Sequence record: SRR20825019_1239
DNA: 40,329 nt
Reading direction: 5' to 3' (one strand)
The notes beneath the pieces were generated by a model. It was given only the letters and a program-made list of their open reading frames with translations. It was not told the origin of the DNA and did no database searches. A program made the translations under genes and the position numbers. Shown one piece after another: positions 18,960 through 27,993 of the stretch; position 1 is the stretch's first letter; each line of letters opens with the position of its first letter.

Positions 18960-20375
18960 TTAAAGCGTGAGCGATTCGAGAGCGGAGAGATCGAGTTTAC
19001 CACCGTAGCCAAAGGGAGCCTCAAGCACCGTGCCGAGCGCGAGGTGGCCGTCACGCACATCAAGGCGAGGCCAATCGGTGACGTCTTTGGTGAAGAGATC
19101 CGCGTGATTTGTGAGCATCGCGTTTTGCAAGGCTTCAGGAAACTGTGTCAGTCCGGCGAAATAGTGGTGTCCATTGCGCTCGACGCTGGTGATGCCGAAG
19201 CAGGCCTGCGCCGCGAGATCCTGCAGGACGGCGACCGGGGCGACATTCGAAAGATCCTCCCCGCTCATCATGGCGGACAAACCTTGCGCGCGACGTTGTG
19301 CCAGGAGGCAGGCGTTGGTGGCTCCCTTGAAGACGCCTTTGCAATTTTTGTGGCTTGTGCCCGCGTAACCGAGCGCGAGTGCGGTCGGCAGGCTGGTGAT
19401 CTCGGCATCGGATTCATCGATAATGATCGGTGGACGATCCGGCCATGCCGCGGCCAGTTCTCCGATCTCCGGTGAGAGCGCAACGTTGCGGTGCCAGGGC
19501 TGTTCGATGAAGAGCAGCTTCGACCAGAAACTGTCATCGCCGACCTTGGCTTTCAGTTCCGCGACATAGTTTTTAAATGTGGCGACTTCGTGGAAGCATT
19601 CGTTGCCATCGAGGGAGAAGGCATAGTCGCCACCGCATTCGGCGGCAAAGATCTCAGCCATGCGCGTGAGGCGTTCCTGATCGCGGGCGGTCTCTCCGTT
19701 AATCTTCAGTTTGAAATGACGCATCCCGTAAAAACGGATACAGGCGGTGAGCGATTGCGGGAGCACGTCGGCCACGCGATCCTCTTCGATGATTTCATCG
19801 TCGGTCAGGGCGTCACTGAGTCCAACCGTGTGGCGGGCGAAGACCTCGCGGGGGGCGGACTTGGGGAGCCAGTCACCGGGTTGGGTTCCGGCGAGCGAGG
19901 GATGAATCGCCCCCAGTTCAATGCCGAAGAGATTGGTGCGCAGGGCGTTTTCGAATGTCGTGTGGTGTTTGCGGCAATACGCATCAATCATCGCACGTTC
20001 GACGAGAGTAACACCGAATTGCGCGAGCAGCGGAGGGATGTTGTTGGCCAATCCCCAAGCGGCCTGAGCCGCATAGAGTTCACGCCAAAGTGCAAAAGGC
20101 GTGGCGGCGGAAATGGCGTGGGCGTGCCGGATCGCGGTGCGCAGGACGAGCAGCATTTCGTCGATTTCCTCATCGAGATCGCGATCAGGATCCTTGGTAA
20201 ACCACTTCGGCGGCAGATGATCGGCGGAAACACCCGTGCTGGTGGTGCCATCGAAATCGAACGTGAGCCGCACAAAGACGTGGGGCACTTCCGTCATCGT
20301 CGCGATGCCGTAGCGAAACGGCATGCGGGCTTTGAGTTGCTGACGGAAAAGCTCGGCGTCGAGTAGTTTGATCAT
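18960..20375 (-). CDS. Enolase-superfamily (mandelate racemase/MLE-like) enzyme of unknown substrate
   Basis: KxK motif FKLKING and metal ligands LDGNE, IEQP, IDES. Confidence 0.75.
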   Translation of the reverse strand: MIKLLDAELFRQQLKARMPFRYGIATMTEVPHVFVRLTFDFDGTTSTGVSADHLPPKWFTKDPDRDLDEEIDEMLLVLRTAIRHAHAISAATPFALWRELYAAQAAWGLANNIPPLLAQFGVTLVERAMIDAYCRKHHTTFENALRTNLFGIELGAIHPSLAGTQPGDWLPKSAPREVFARHTVGLSDALTDDEIIEEDRVADVLPQSLTACIRFYGMRHFKLKINGETARDQERLTRMAEIFAAECGGDYAFSLDGNECFHEVATFKNYVAELKAKVGDDSFWSKLLFIEQPWHRNVALSPEIGELAAAWPDRPPIIIDESDAEITSLPTALALGYAGTSHKNCKGVFKGATNACLLAQRRAQGLSAMMSGEDLSNVAPVAVLQDLAAQACFGITSVERNGHHYFAGLTQFPEALQNAMLTNHADLFTKDVTDWPRLDVRDGHLALGTVLEAPFGYGGKLDLSALESLTL

Positions 20376-20512
20376 GATCAGGAATTACGATGCAAAGTTC
20401 ATCACGGAATACCAGCCACCGCTGGATGAATATCACACGTGATTCAGCACATCGTGGATTTCCTCCTCCAGCGTTTCACCAGGCCTTTTTGCGGGATACA
20501 CTCCCGCCAAAG

Positions 20513-20531
20513 AGTAACCTAATAGGTTACT
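20513..20531. repeat. Perfect 19-bp palindrome AGTAACCTA-A-TAGGTTACT next to a second hairpin
   Basis: 9-bp perfect arms; adjacent GCGGGA-TACAC-TCCCGC hairpin at 20491-20507. Confidence 0.65.
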
Positions 20532-20564
20532 TTCGTTTTTATGGGAGTCTGGTGAGTGGTGGGT

Positions 20565-21833
20565 TCACCGGCGGCCGCGACCGCGGCTGCTGTAGGGCGT
20601 GTTCTTTTTCGCACCCTTACGGAAACCGCCGCTTTTTTTCGCGCCTTCTCCGTGGGAGGTCGTGCGGCGACGGCTTTCGCGTTGTTCGGGGGGACGATCG
20701 CCACGTGGCTCGTAAGGGCCGTAGGAGAATCCATCGAGTTTCAGTGTGGGAATCTTTGCGCCGATGAAGCGTTGGATGTCGCGGATATTTTTCTCGGTTT
20801 CCGGGGTGACGATAGTGAAGGCGTCGCCGACGGCCTGGGCACGCCCGGTGCGACCGATGCGGTGCACGTAATCTTCGGGTTTTTCCGGCACGTCGTAATT
20901 GACGACATGGGAAACCCCGGCGACGTCGATCCCGCGGGCGGCGATATCGGTGGCCACCATGACTTCGTATTTTCCGGATTTGAATCCTTCGAGTGCTTCG
21001 ATGCGTTGGTTTTGGGAACGATTGGAGTGCAGCACGGCCACGGAGTGATTGGAGCTCTTCAGGCGCCGCGCGATCTTGTCCGCACCGTGTTTGGTGCGCG
21101 AGAAGACGAGGACACTGTCGAAGTTGGTGCGTTCGAGCAACGCGAGCAGCAGGTCGAATTTCTGTGCGAAACCGACTTGGTAAACGGCGTGGTTGACCGA
21201 TTCGTTAACAGTGCGACTCACGCCGATTTCGACCTTGGAGGGATCGCGCAGGGCGAAGGAGGCAATGGCCTGGATCTCCGGAGGCACGGTTGCGGAAAAG
21301 AGCAGGGTCTGACGTTCGCGCGGGCAGCGGCTGATGATGTCCTTCACGACAGGGAGGAAGCCCATGTCGAGCATGTGATCCACTTCGTCGAGCACGAGCG
21401 TGTTGATGTCGCGCAAGTGAACCGTGCCGGTTTTGAGGTAATCCATCAGACGACCGGGAGTGGCTACAATAACGTCCACCCCGCGGGAGAGTTCCTTGCG
21501 TTGATTGCCATAACCGACGCCACCAAAGACGGCGACAGTGCGCAGATCGGTAAAACGGGCGAAATCGCGAAACGCCGTTTCCACTTGTGCGGCGAGTTCC
21601 CGGGTGGGTTCGAGCACGAGCACACGGGTTTTTCCGTGGGCGCCGAGTCGATCGATAATCGGCAGCGCGAAGGCCGCGGTTTTACCGGTGCCGGTTTGGG
21701 CGGAGCCGATGACGTCACCGCCACCGAGGACGAGCGGAATGGCCCGTAATTGAATAGGAGTCGGATCGGCGTAACCGGCGGCTTGAATGCCGCGGAGAAC
21801 GGGATCGGAAAGATTGAGAGCTTTAAAAGGCAT
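20565..21833 (-). CDS. DEAD-box RNA helicase (RhlE-like; motif II is DEVD)
   Basis: Q motif PTPIQ, AQTGTGKT, PTRELA, TPGRL, DEVD, SAT, ARGID, YVHRIGRTGR; basic C-terminal tail; ATG 21833. Confidence 0.93.
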   Translation of the reverse strand: MPFKALNLSDPVLRGIQAAGYADPTPIQLRAIPLVLGGGDVIGSAQTGTGKTAAFALPIIDRLGAHGKTRVLVLEPTRELAAQVETAFRDFARFTDLRTVAVFGGVGYGNQRKELSRGVDVIVATPGRLMDYLKTGTVHLRDINTLVLDEVDHMLDMGFLPVVKDIISRCPRERQTLLFSATVPPEIQAIASFALRDPSKVEIGVSRTVNESVNHAVYQVGFAQKFDLLLALLERTNFDSVLVFSRTKHGADKIARRLKSSNHSVAVLHSNRSQNQRIEALEGFKSGKYEVMVATDIAARGIDVAGVSHVVNYDVPEKPEDYVHRIGRTGRAQAVGDAFTIVTPETEKNIRDIQRFIGAKIPTLKLDGFSYGPYEPRGDRPPEQRESRRRTTSHGEGAKKSGGFRKGAKKNTPYSSRGRGRR

Positions 21834-21847
21834 GATATTACAAATTC

Positions 21848-21946
21848 TGTCATTCTGAGTGCAGCGAAGGATCCACCATGGATGTTCGTTGCCGGGAGCG
21901 GATTTATTGATCCGCTCCAAAATTCTTCGCTGCGCTCAGAACGACA
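21848..21946. repeat. TGTC-tagged REP-like inverted repeat element with an internal hairpin
   Basis: TGTCATTCTGAGTGCAGCGAAGGATCC...ATTCTTCGCTGCGCTCAGAACGACA; inner GGAGCGGAT-TTATTG-ATCCGCTCC. Confidence 0.8.
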
Positions 21947-21968
21947 GGTCTGCAAGCGCCGGGGAGAC

Positions 21969-22002
21969 AAAAAAGGACGGAACCCATTGGGGGTCCCGTC
22001 CC
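21969..22002 (-). terminator. Intrinsic terminator after the RRM gene
   Basis: Minus strand GGACGGGACCCC-CAAT-GGGTTCCGTCC followed by TTTTTT. Confidence 0.8.
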
Positions 22003-22033
22003 TTGAAAATCGGTTTATAAGACCGGTGTCGTA

Positions 22034-22426
22034 TTAGTAACGACGGTCACCGCCGCGATCGCGATCGCGACCACCGCCACCGCCGCCAAAGCCACCACGG
22101 TCACGTCCGCCGCCGCCGCCGCCGAAGCCGCGACCACCGCCGCCGCCACCGAAGCCACCGCCACCTGGACGTTCTTCCTTGGGACGAGCTTCATTAACCG
22201 TCAATTGACGGCCATCGAGCTCGGAGCCATTGATCTTTTCAGCAGCCTCTTGGGCTTCTTCTGCAGTTCCCATGGTCACGAATGCGAAACCACGAGGGCG
22301 ACCGGTCATACGGTCCATAGCGACATAGACGTCGGTCACGCTGCCGAACTGGCCGAAGTGCGAACGGAGTTCGTCTTCAGTCGTTTTGAAGGACAGGTTG
22401 CCGACATATAGTTTTGAATTACTCAT
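22034..22426 (-). CDS. RRM (RNP-1) RNA-binding protein with a Gly/Arg-rich tail
   Basis: RNP-2 KLYVGNL, RNP-1 [24 protein letters not shown] repeats; ATG 22426. Confidence 0.95.
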   Translation of the reverse strand: MSNSKLYVGNLSFKTTEDELRSHFGQFGSVTDVYVAMDRMTGRPRGFAFVTMGTAEEAQEAAEKINGSELDGRQLTVNEARPKEERPGGGGFGGGGGGRGFGGGGGGRDRGGFGGGGGGRDRDRGGDRRY

Positions 22427-22619
22427 CTGATGATTCGAAGATACACCGTCCGCTGCCAGTTCCGTTCCCAACGTGGGTTTCGAAATCATCACTAAGCCTA
22501 TGCTCTGCTAACGACTCACCAGATCCTGTCATCTAACGTTTTCTCTATCGAGGGTGGTCAGCTATGCAGAGGGTTGATGATGACACAAGCCTATTCCGGA
22601 TCGATCGGGAGGATCATCG

Positions 22620-23033
22620 TTAGATCGAATACTTGGTTTTGATGTCTTCGGGCAAAGGAGTGCCCCTTCCGGTTTCCAGACTGACGAGCGTGTAATCACA
22701 GTAACCGTCGCAGACGCGTTTTCCGGTGGGGATTTTTTCGATCTCAAACGCCACCCGACATCCCGTGTCGGTGAAGTGCTCGATCCAACAACGCACGGTC
22801 ATGCGATCGCCCCACCCCAACGGACGCTTATATTGGATGTGCGCACACGTCATGAACCAGCCGAGCCCGAGATCGGCAAACGCCTGCATCGACATCCCAT
22901 AGCAGCGGTCCATCTGCTCGAAACGCGCGGCCAACACATAATCGAGATAACGTGTGCTGTGCACATGCTGATAGAGATCAATGTCATCGGGACGGACGGA
23001 GAGCTCGGATTCGAATTTGGAGTAAACGTTCAT
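22620..23033 (-). CDS. Acyl-CoA thioesterase (hotdog fold, YbgC/4HBT-like)
   Basis: VRPDDIDLYQHVHSTRYLDY...AR motif; 137 aa. Confidence 0.85.
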   Translation of the reverse strand: MNVYSKFESELSVRPDDIDLYQHVHSTRYLDYVLAARFEQMDRCYGMSMQAFADLGLGWFMTCAHIQYKRPLGWGDRMTVRCWIEHFTDTGCRVAFEIEKIPTGKRVCDGYCDYTLVSLETGRGTPLPEDIKTKYSI

Positions 23034-23106
23034 AAAAGGGATGTGATCGGGAAATCAGACCCGGTAGGAGGGGCGGTTATCCCTAAGGGTTGTATGAAAA
23101 TCTAGA

Positions 23107-23209
23107 GTCATTGCGAGTCGCATGGCGGCGAAGCAATCCACGAATAGGCAATGTTAACCTCAGACATTTCGGGGATCGCCACGGGACGCAATGCGTCCCT
23201 CGCGATGAC
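23107..23209. repeat. GTC-tagged REP-like inverted repeat element (GTCATTGCGAG subtype)
   Basis: GTCATTGCGAG...GAAGCAATCC and GGATCGCCAC...CTCGCGATGAC. Confidence 0.75.
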
Positions 23210-23213
23210 AAAT

Positions 23214-23597
23214 TCATTCCCCCTCCAACAGTTGGTCGATCAGACGGCGTTCACGTTTGGTGGGACGACCTGCGCCGCGATCACGGGCGAGGAACTGTTC
23301 GGCCGGGGAAGTTTTCAGTTTTTCGTATTCTTCGGGAGGCGTGAGATCCTCGTAGTAGTCGGTCACGAGCTTCGCGCCAACCCGCGAAGGTGGTGCCGCG
23401 ATATAGCGCACGCGGCGCGTGATGATGCCTTGCCGCACACTGATGATTTCATCGGCACGCAGTTCACGCGCGGGTTTGATCGGCTGTTCGTTGACGTGGA
23501 CGGATTCAGCACGACACGCGGCAGTGGCGAGTGCGCGGGTTTTAAACAGCCGCACACTCCACAGCCATTTATCGATGCGGGCGTGTTTGGATTCCAA
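23214..23597 (-). CDS. hslR: S4-domain RNA-binding protein, Hsp15-like
   Basis: RIDKWLWSVRLFKTRALA and C-terminal GAGRPTKRERR; start approximate (TTG 23597 or 23603). Confidence 0.85.
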   Translation of the reverse strand: MESKHARIDKWLWSVRLFKTRALATAACRAESVHVNEQPIKPARELRADEIISVRQGIITRRVRYIAAPPSRVGAKLVTDYYEDLTPPEEYEKLKTSPAEQFLARDRGAGRPTKRERRLIDQLLEGE

Positions 23598-23656
23598 AGA
23601 CAAGGCCGCGAGTGTAAAACACCCGCGGCCTGACGCAAATCGGTTTTCGGTAAGGA

Positions 23657-24175
23657 TTAACCCTTCTTCGGGCGCACATCCTCGCGCATCCAATCATCGA
23701 GCAAGGTCTTTTCATACTTCAGACGGTCATCGTTATTGATCCGCAGATTCATCATAAAGGAAAGATCGCGCAGCTCGCGCTTCCCTTCCTTCACGACGGC
23801 ACCCGAGGCGTCGGTGACTTTGAAGTTCAGATCGATGCGGGGAGGATAGATGCCTTTGACGATGCGGACATCGTCCATACCGGCTTTGCCCCATGGTTCG
23901 AATTCGCCGGCGAGATCGATGTTCGTGAAAGTGATCGCGAGTTTCTGCCCTTCAGGCAGATATTTCTTCGCACGCTTTTTCACGTAATGCTCGATCGCAT
24001 CGAGATTGGCCTGTTCACCTTTTTCCGTGGAGGCGAAACCATCGCGGATATCACTGTAGTTTTTCGAATTTTCGAAGGTGACGTTGACGTTAGAACGCGC
24101 TTCATCCGAGGCGTGCAGCACACCCGAAGCAACGAATCCCACCAAGGTTGCGAGTAAGAGTAGCTTTGTTTTCAT
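23657..24175 (-). CDS. Exported DUF3016-like protein
   Basis: Signal peptide from ATG 24175; TNIDLAGEFEPW and VRIVKGIYPPRI motifs. Confidence 0.75.
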   Translation of the reverse strand: MKTKLLLLATLVGFVASGVLHASDEARSNVNVTFENSKNYSDIRDGFASTEKGEQANLDAIEHYVKKRAKKYLPEGQKLAITFTNIDLAGEFEPWGKAGMDDVRIVKGIYPPRIDLNFKVTDASGAVVKEGKRELRDLSFMMNLRINNDDRLKYEKTLLDDWMREDVRPKKG

Positions 24176-24252
24176 GGTGATAAAAGGAGACCGTTTCAGA
24201 AAGGGAATGGTTCCACAAATTTGCGACAATTGAAACGCAGAACCATTAGGGC

Positions 24253-24283
24253 AAAAAGTGCCCCGAAGTTGTTTCCGGGGCAC
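24253..24283 (-). terminator. Intrinsic terminator after the BON gene
   Basis: Minus strand GTGCCCCGGAAACAACTTCGGGGCAC followed by TTTTT. Confidence 0.8.
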
Positions 24284-24307
24284 CGTGATTTTAGAATCAG
24301 TGGAGGT

Positions 24308-25066
24308 TTAATTCTCTTCACCGGGCTGAACCGTCATTTTGTTCTCCACGGATTTAACTCCGGGGACTTCATTGGCCAACCGGGTGACCAAGGTTCTTTC
24401 GGCATCATTTTTGGCGATACCTTCGACTACCACCACACCGAGTTTTGTGGTGACGTTTGTTCGGAGGGCGCTGGTGGAGCGGTGTCTTAACAGCTCGTAG
24501 TTGACCCGAGCGGTGATCGAGGCGTCGTCAACGACGACGCTCATGGAACGATCTTCGTCGGGCTTTTCCTGGATGGTCATGCGATTGATGATATTGCGCA
24601 CACCATCGATTTTACTCACGTAGTTCAGGGTCAGTTCTTCCTGGGCCACGCTATCAACCATGCCATGGAGCGTGACGACTCCATCTGCGACGGCGACATC
24701 GATGCCGGTCATACTGACATCGGGACGCATTAAGAGAGCCAGGCGCACTTTCGTGGCGATCCAGCTATCGGAATACTCCGGGGGTTGAGGCTTCACCATG
24801 ATCTGGTTTTTCACCTCCACTACTCCGGGAACGCTTTCCATCGTGTCTTCGGCCAGCGATTTAATGCTCTTGTCTTCGACCTCTCCGGTCAGGATGAGCA
24901 CACCATCTTTCACTTCGATCCGGACGTCGTCCTTCAACACCGTGCGATAATTATACGTCGCCTCGGCGGTATCTTTGATCTGTCCGTCCGTGGAGGTGGA
25001 AGCTGCACCTACCAAAGGGACTGCGGCAAACAGTAGCATCAACAGATAAGATTTCGGGGTTTTCAT
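24308..25066 (-). CDS. Periplasmic protein with three BON domains (OsmY-like)
   Basis: Signal peptide; three repeats of D..I...V...GVV.L.G...V.GV..V.N. Confidence 0.88.
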   Translation of the reverse strand: MKTPKSYLLMLLFAAVPLVGAASTSTDGQIKDTAEATYNYRTVLKDDVRIEVKDGVLILTGEVEDKSIKSLAEDTMESVPGVVEVKNQIMVKPQPPEYSDSWIATKVRLALLMRPDVSMTGIDVAVADGVVTLHGMVDSVAQEELTLNYVSKIDGVRNIINRMTIQEKPDEDRSMSVVVDDASITARVNYELLRHRSTSALRTNVTTKLGVVVVEGIAKNDAERTLVTRLANEVPGVKSVENKMTVQPGEEN

Positions 25067-25261
25067 GATGAATCCTTTCGTTACCAGTTTCGGGTTTCTG
25101 TTTCAGAGATTCCCTTAGACCGGACGGTCATCACAAAGTGCCGGTTGGCTCCGGCCCACTTCTCTCATCACACTGATGGGCAGCGGGATATAATTATTAA
25201 AATATCACCCGAGTTCGGTCGATTTTACCCCTGACTCACCAAGGAAAATATCGGTTCCGAC

Positions 25262-27625
25262 TCAGCTCTCCAATTCCGAGCGGCGAGCCGCGAGGGCTGC
25301 GGCGGGGTCGGCGGTCGGGGTTAATGTGACCACCACATACTTTGAAGTCGGGGTATTGCTCTTCGCGGCGACGCTGCCGATTGGCACAAGCACATTGGCC
25401 TCAGGGAAATACGTGGCGAGGCAACCGCGGGGGATTCGATAGGGCGCGATCATGAAGGCTTCGGCGATGCGCTCTACTCCGCCATGACGATTGGTTAAAT
25501 CAACGAGCTGACCCTGCTGCCAGCCGGCAGCGCGCATGTCGTCTTCGTTCATGAAGACGACGCGCCGTCCGCCGAAGACGCCCCGGTAGCGATCATCGAG
25601 ACCGTAAACCGTGGTGTTGAATTGATCGTGGGTGCGAATCGTCATCATCACGAATTCACCCGACGCGAGCTCGCTGCGGGGAATCGGGGCCACGCTGAAA
25701 TTGGCCTTCTTGGTGGCGGTGCGCCATTCACGGGTATCACGCGGTGCATTGGGCAGATAGAAAATGCCTTCGCGAATGCGCTGATTGAAATTCTCAAAAC
25801 CCGGGACGACGCGGGCGATGCGATCACGGATGAGATCGTAGTTTCCGACGAAGTCTTCCCACGGCACATTGTTTTCCGCTCCGAGAACCGCGCGTGCGAG
25901 TCCGCAGACAATGGCGGGCTCACTGCGCAATTCCGGCGAAGCGGGATCGGTGTGGCCACGCGAGGGATTGATGATCCCCATCGAGTCCTCGACGGTCACG
26001 TATTGCTCTCCACTGGACTGCGGATCGCGTTCGCTCCGGCCGAGACAGGGCAGAATCAAGGCGGTGCGTCCGGTGATGAGATGGGCGCGATTGAGTTTGG
26101 TGGAAACCTGGGCGGTGAGTGAACAGCGTCGCAGGGCTTCGGCGGTGTATTCGGTATCGGGGGTGGCGGAGATGAAATTGCCACCCATCGCCACGAACAC
26201 GGTTACGTCACCCGCATGCATCGCCTTGATCGCTTCGACGACATCGTGGCCGTGAGCGCGGGGTGATTTGAAATTGAATTCCGCATCGAGGCCATCGAGC
26301 CAGGCGTCGGGCATTTTTTCGAAAATACCCATCGTGCGATCACCCTGCACATTGGAGTGTCCGCGCACCGGGCAGGCACCCGCGCCGGGTTTCCCCATAT
26401 CGCCGCGGAGCAAGAGCAGGTTGACGATGGATTGAATCGTTTCGACCGCATTGGGTTGTTGCGTGAGACCCATGGCCCAGCAGCAGATGGTCGCTTTCGA
26501 CTTCATCGCATGGTCGGCGACGAGTTTGATTTGTTCGCGACTTACACCACTCGATTCGACGATGTGATCCCAATCAGCCTCCCGTAAGTCCGCCACGAGG
26601 GCGTCGTAACCGTGGGTGTGCTCCTTGATGAAATCGTGATCAAAGATTGTGCCCGGCGCGGCCTCTTCGGAGGCGAGCATTTCTTTCATGATGCCCTTGA
26701 ACAGGGCGAGGTCGCCGTTGATGCGGGGCTGCACCCAAATATCCGACAGTCGCGCGCCTTCACCCAGTAAGGTGGGTAGTGCTTTGAGCGGATTCATGAA
26801 ATGTTGCGGGTTCTTAAACTTCTCCGTGCCGACTTCGGGCAACGGGTTCACCGAGATAATCGTGGCACCAGCCCGTTTAGCTTCTTCGAGCGAGGAGAGC
26901 ATGCGCGGGTGATTGGTGCCGGGGTTTTGTCCGACGATGAGAATCAGATCGGCCTTCTCAAAATCGTCCAACTTCACGGTGCCCTTGCCGATCCCGATGG
27001 TTTCGGTGAGCGCGGAACCACTCGATTCGTGGCACATGTTGGAACAGTCGGGCAGATTGTTGGTGCCGAATTGCCGGACGAACAGTTGATAGAGAAAGGC
27101 AGCTTCGTTACTGGTGCGGCCGGAGGTGTAAAACGCGGCTTCGTCGGGCGACCCGAGGGCGTTGAGGTCATCGGCGATGAGCTTAAACGATTCTTCCCAC
27201 GAGATCGGTTCGTAATGAGTCGCGTCGGGCCGAAGCACCATGGGGTGCGTGAGGCGACCCTGCCGGTTGAGCCAGTAGTCACTCTGTTTCGCGAGATCGG
27301 CGACGGAATGCTGGGCGAAGAATTCCGGGCCGCAGCGTTTGGGCGTGGCTTCGTCGGCGATGGCTTTGGCACCGTTTTCGCAAAACTCGAAAGTGTGGCG
27401 ATCTCCGTCGGGGCTGGGCCACGCGCAGGACTGGCAATCGAAGCCGTCCTTTTGATTCACATTGAGCAGTAGTTTCGTGCCTTTGACCGCGCCAACGCCG
27501 GCGACGGCGAACTTCGTGGTCTTGGCGACGGCCGCCAATCCGGCGGCGGCACCACTCGGTTTACCGAATGTAGTGCCCTGAAGTTCGACGGGTGGTTGGG
27601 CGGAAGTGGGCGTTTGTTTCGACAC
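25262..27625 (-). CDS. FdhF/YdeP-family molybdopterin oxidoreductase alpha subunit
   Basis: GFDCQSCAWP, FCENGAKA, YTSGRTSNEAA, NLPDCSNMCHESSG, VRGHSNVQGDRTMG, HDQFNTTVYG. Confidence 0.92.
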   Translation of the reverse strand: MSKQTPTSAQPPVELQGTTFGKPSGAAAGLAAVAKTTKFAVAGVGAVKGTKLLLNVNQKDGFDCQSCAWPSPDGDRHTFEFCENGAKAIADEATPKRCGPEFFAQHSVADLAKQSDYWLNRQGRLTHPMVLRPDATHYEPISWEESFKLIADDLNALGSPDEAAFYTSGRTSNEAAFLYQLFVRQFGTNNLPDCSNMCHESSGSALTETIGIGKGTVKLDDFEKADLILIVGQNPGTNHPRMLSSLEEAKRAGATIISVNPLPEVGTEKFKNPQHFMNPLKALPTLLGEGARLSDIWVQPRINGDLALFKGIMKEMLASEEAAPGTIFDHDFIKEHTHGYDALVADLREADWDHIVESSGVSREQIKLVADHAMKSKATICCWAMGLTQQPNAVETIQSIVNLLLLRGDMGKPGAGACPVRGHSNVQGDRTMGIFEKMPDAWLDGLDAEFNFKSPRAHGHDVVEAIKAMHAGDVTVFVAMGGNFISATPDTEYTAEALRRCSLTAQVSTKLNRAHLITGRTALILPCLGRSERDPQSSGEQYVTVEDSMGIINPSRGHTDPASPELRSEPAIVCGLARAVLGAENNVPWEDFVGNYDLIRDRIARVVPGFENFNQRIREGIFYLPNAPRDTREWRTATKKANFSVAPIPRSELASGEFVMMTIRTHDQFNTTVYGLDDRYRGVFGGRRVVFMNEDDMRAAGWQQGQLVDLTNRHGGVERIAEAFMIAPYRIPRGCLATYFPEANVLVPIGSVAAKSNTPTSKYVVVTLTPTADPAAALAARRSELES

Positions 27626-27671
27626 GATGGCTTTTATTTCGGCAACTTTCGGCTATCTTTCAAGCATCGCT

Positions 27672-27947
27672 GTGTTTACCAACCTCCTCCAACTCATTTC
27701 CGGCCGGCCGGGCAACGGCTCCGATACCAACTTTGTGTTGGAGGTGGCGGTGCGTGAAAAGCCGCCGCGTGATCTCAAATTCGAGCGGTTTATCCTGTAT
27801 TGCTGGCTGCTGATCGCGCTCAAACATGTGGCGATCATCTATGCCTGTTCGCATTGGCCGGTGCCTTTTCATCAGCTCTGGATCAACGCGCCGACCTTCG
27901 CCCTCGGGTTTCTGGCCACGACGATTTATTATTGGCGACATCGGTAG
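27672..27947 (+). CDS. Small hypothetical membrane protein with two hydrophobic segments
   Basis: Fills the gap between the YdeP-like and DUF5069-like genes; two TM-like stretches and a basic C-terminus; GTG 27672 start inferred. Confidence 0.55.
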   Translation: MFTNLLQLISGRPGNGSDTNFVLEVAVREKPPRDLKFERFILYCWLLIALKHVAIIYACSHWPVPFHQLWINAPTFALGFLATTIYYWRHR

Positions 27948-27993
27948 TTTTTCCTCTCGCGCGTGACTCTGAAAATCGCGGAAATAGCGTCCT

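Noticed and set aside
20433..20564. Open frame continuing 43 codons past the helicase TGA, or a 25-aa TTG-start ORF
   Set aside because: Length is compatible with chance; no SECIS-like hairpin directly after the TGA and no homology clue
21379..21390. DEVD instead of DEAD in helicase motif II
   Set aside because: A DExD variant with all other motifs intact; no sign of inactivation
19491..21749. Long plus-strand ORFs (291 aa and 397 aa) opposite the enolase-like and helicase genes
   Set aside because: Antisense shadows of conserved genes
21834..21920. N-terminal extensions in the ORF track (helicase here; also RRM, Hsp15-like, DUF481, upp and the sulfatase-esterase)
   Set aside because: The extensions run through repeats or promoter DNA; domain homology begins at downstream starts
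22037..22165. Tandem CCG/CCA-rich repeats
   Set aside because: They encode the Gly/Arg-rich tail of the RRM protein; not a CRISPR array or independent repeat
25262..27625. Possible selenocysteine formate dehydrogenase
   Set aside because: No in-frame TGA; the Cys-containing CSNMCHES motif fits the YdeP subfamily; no fdh partner subunits nearby
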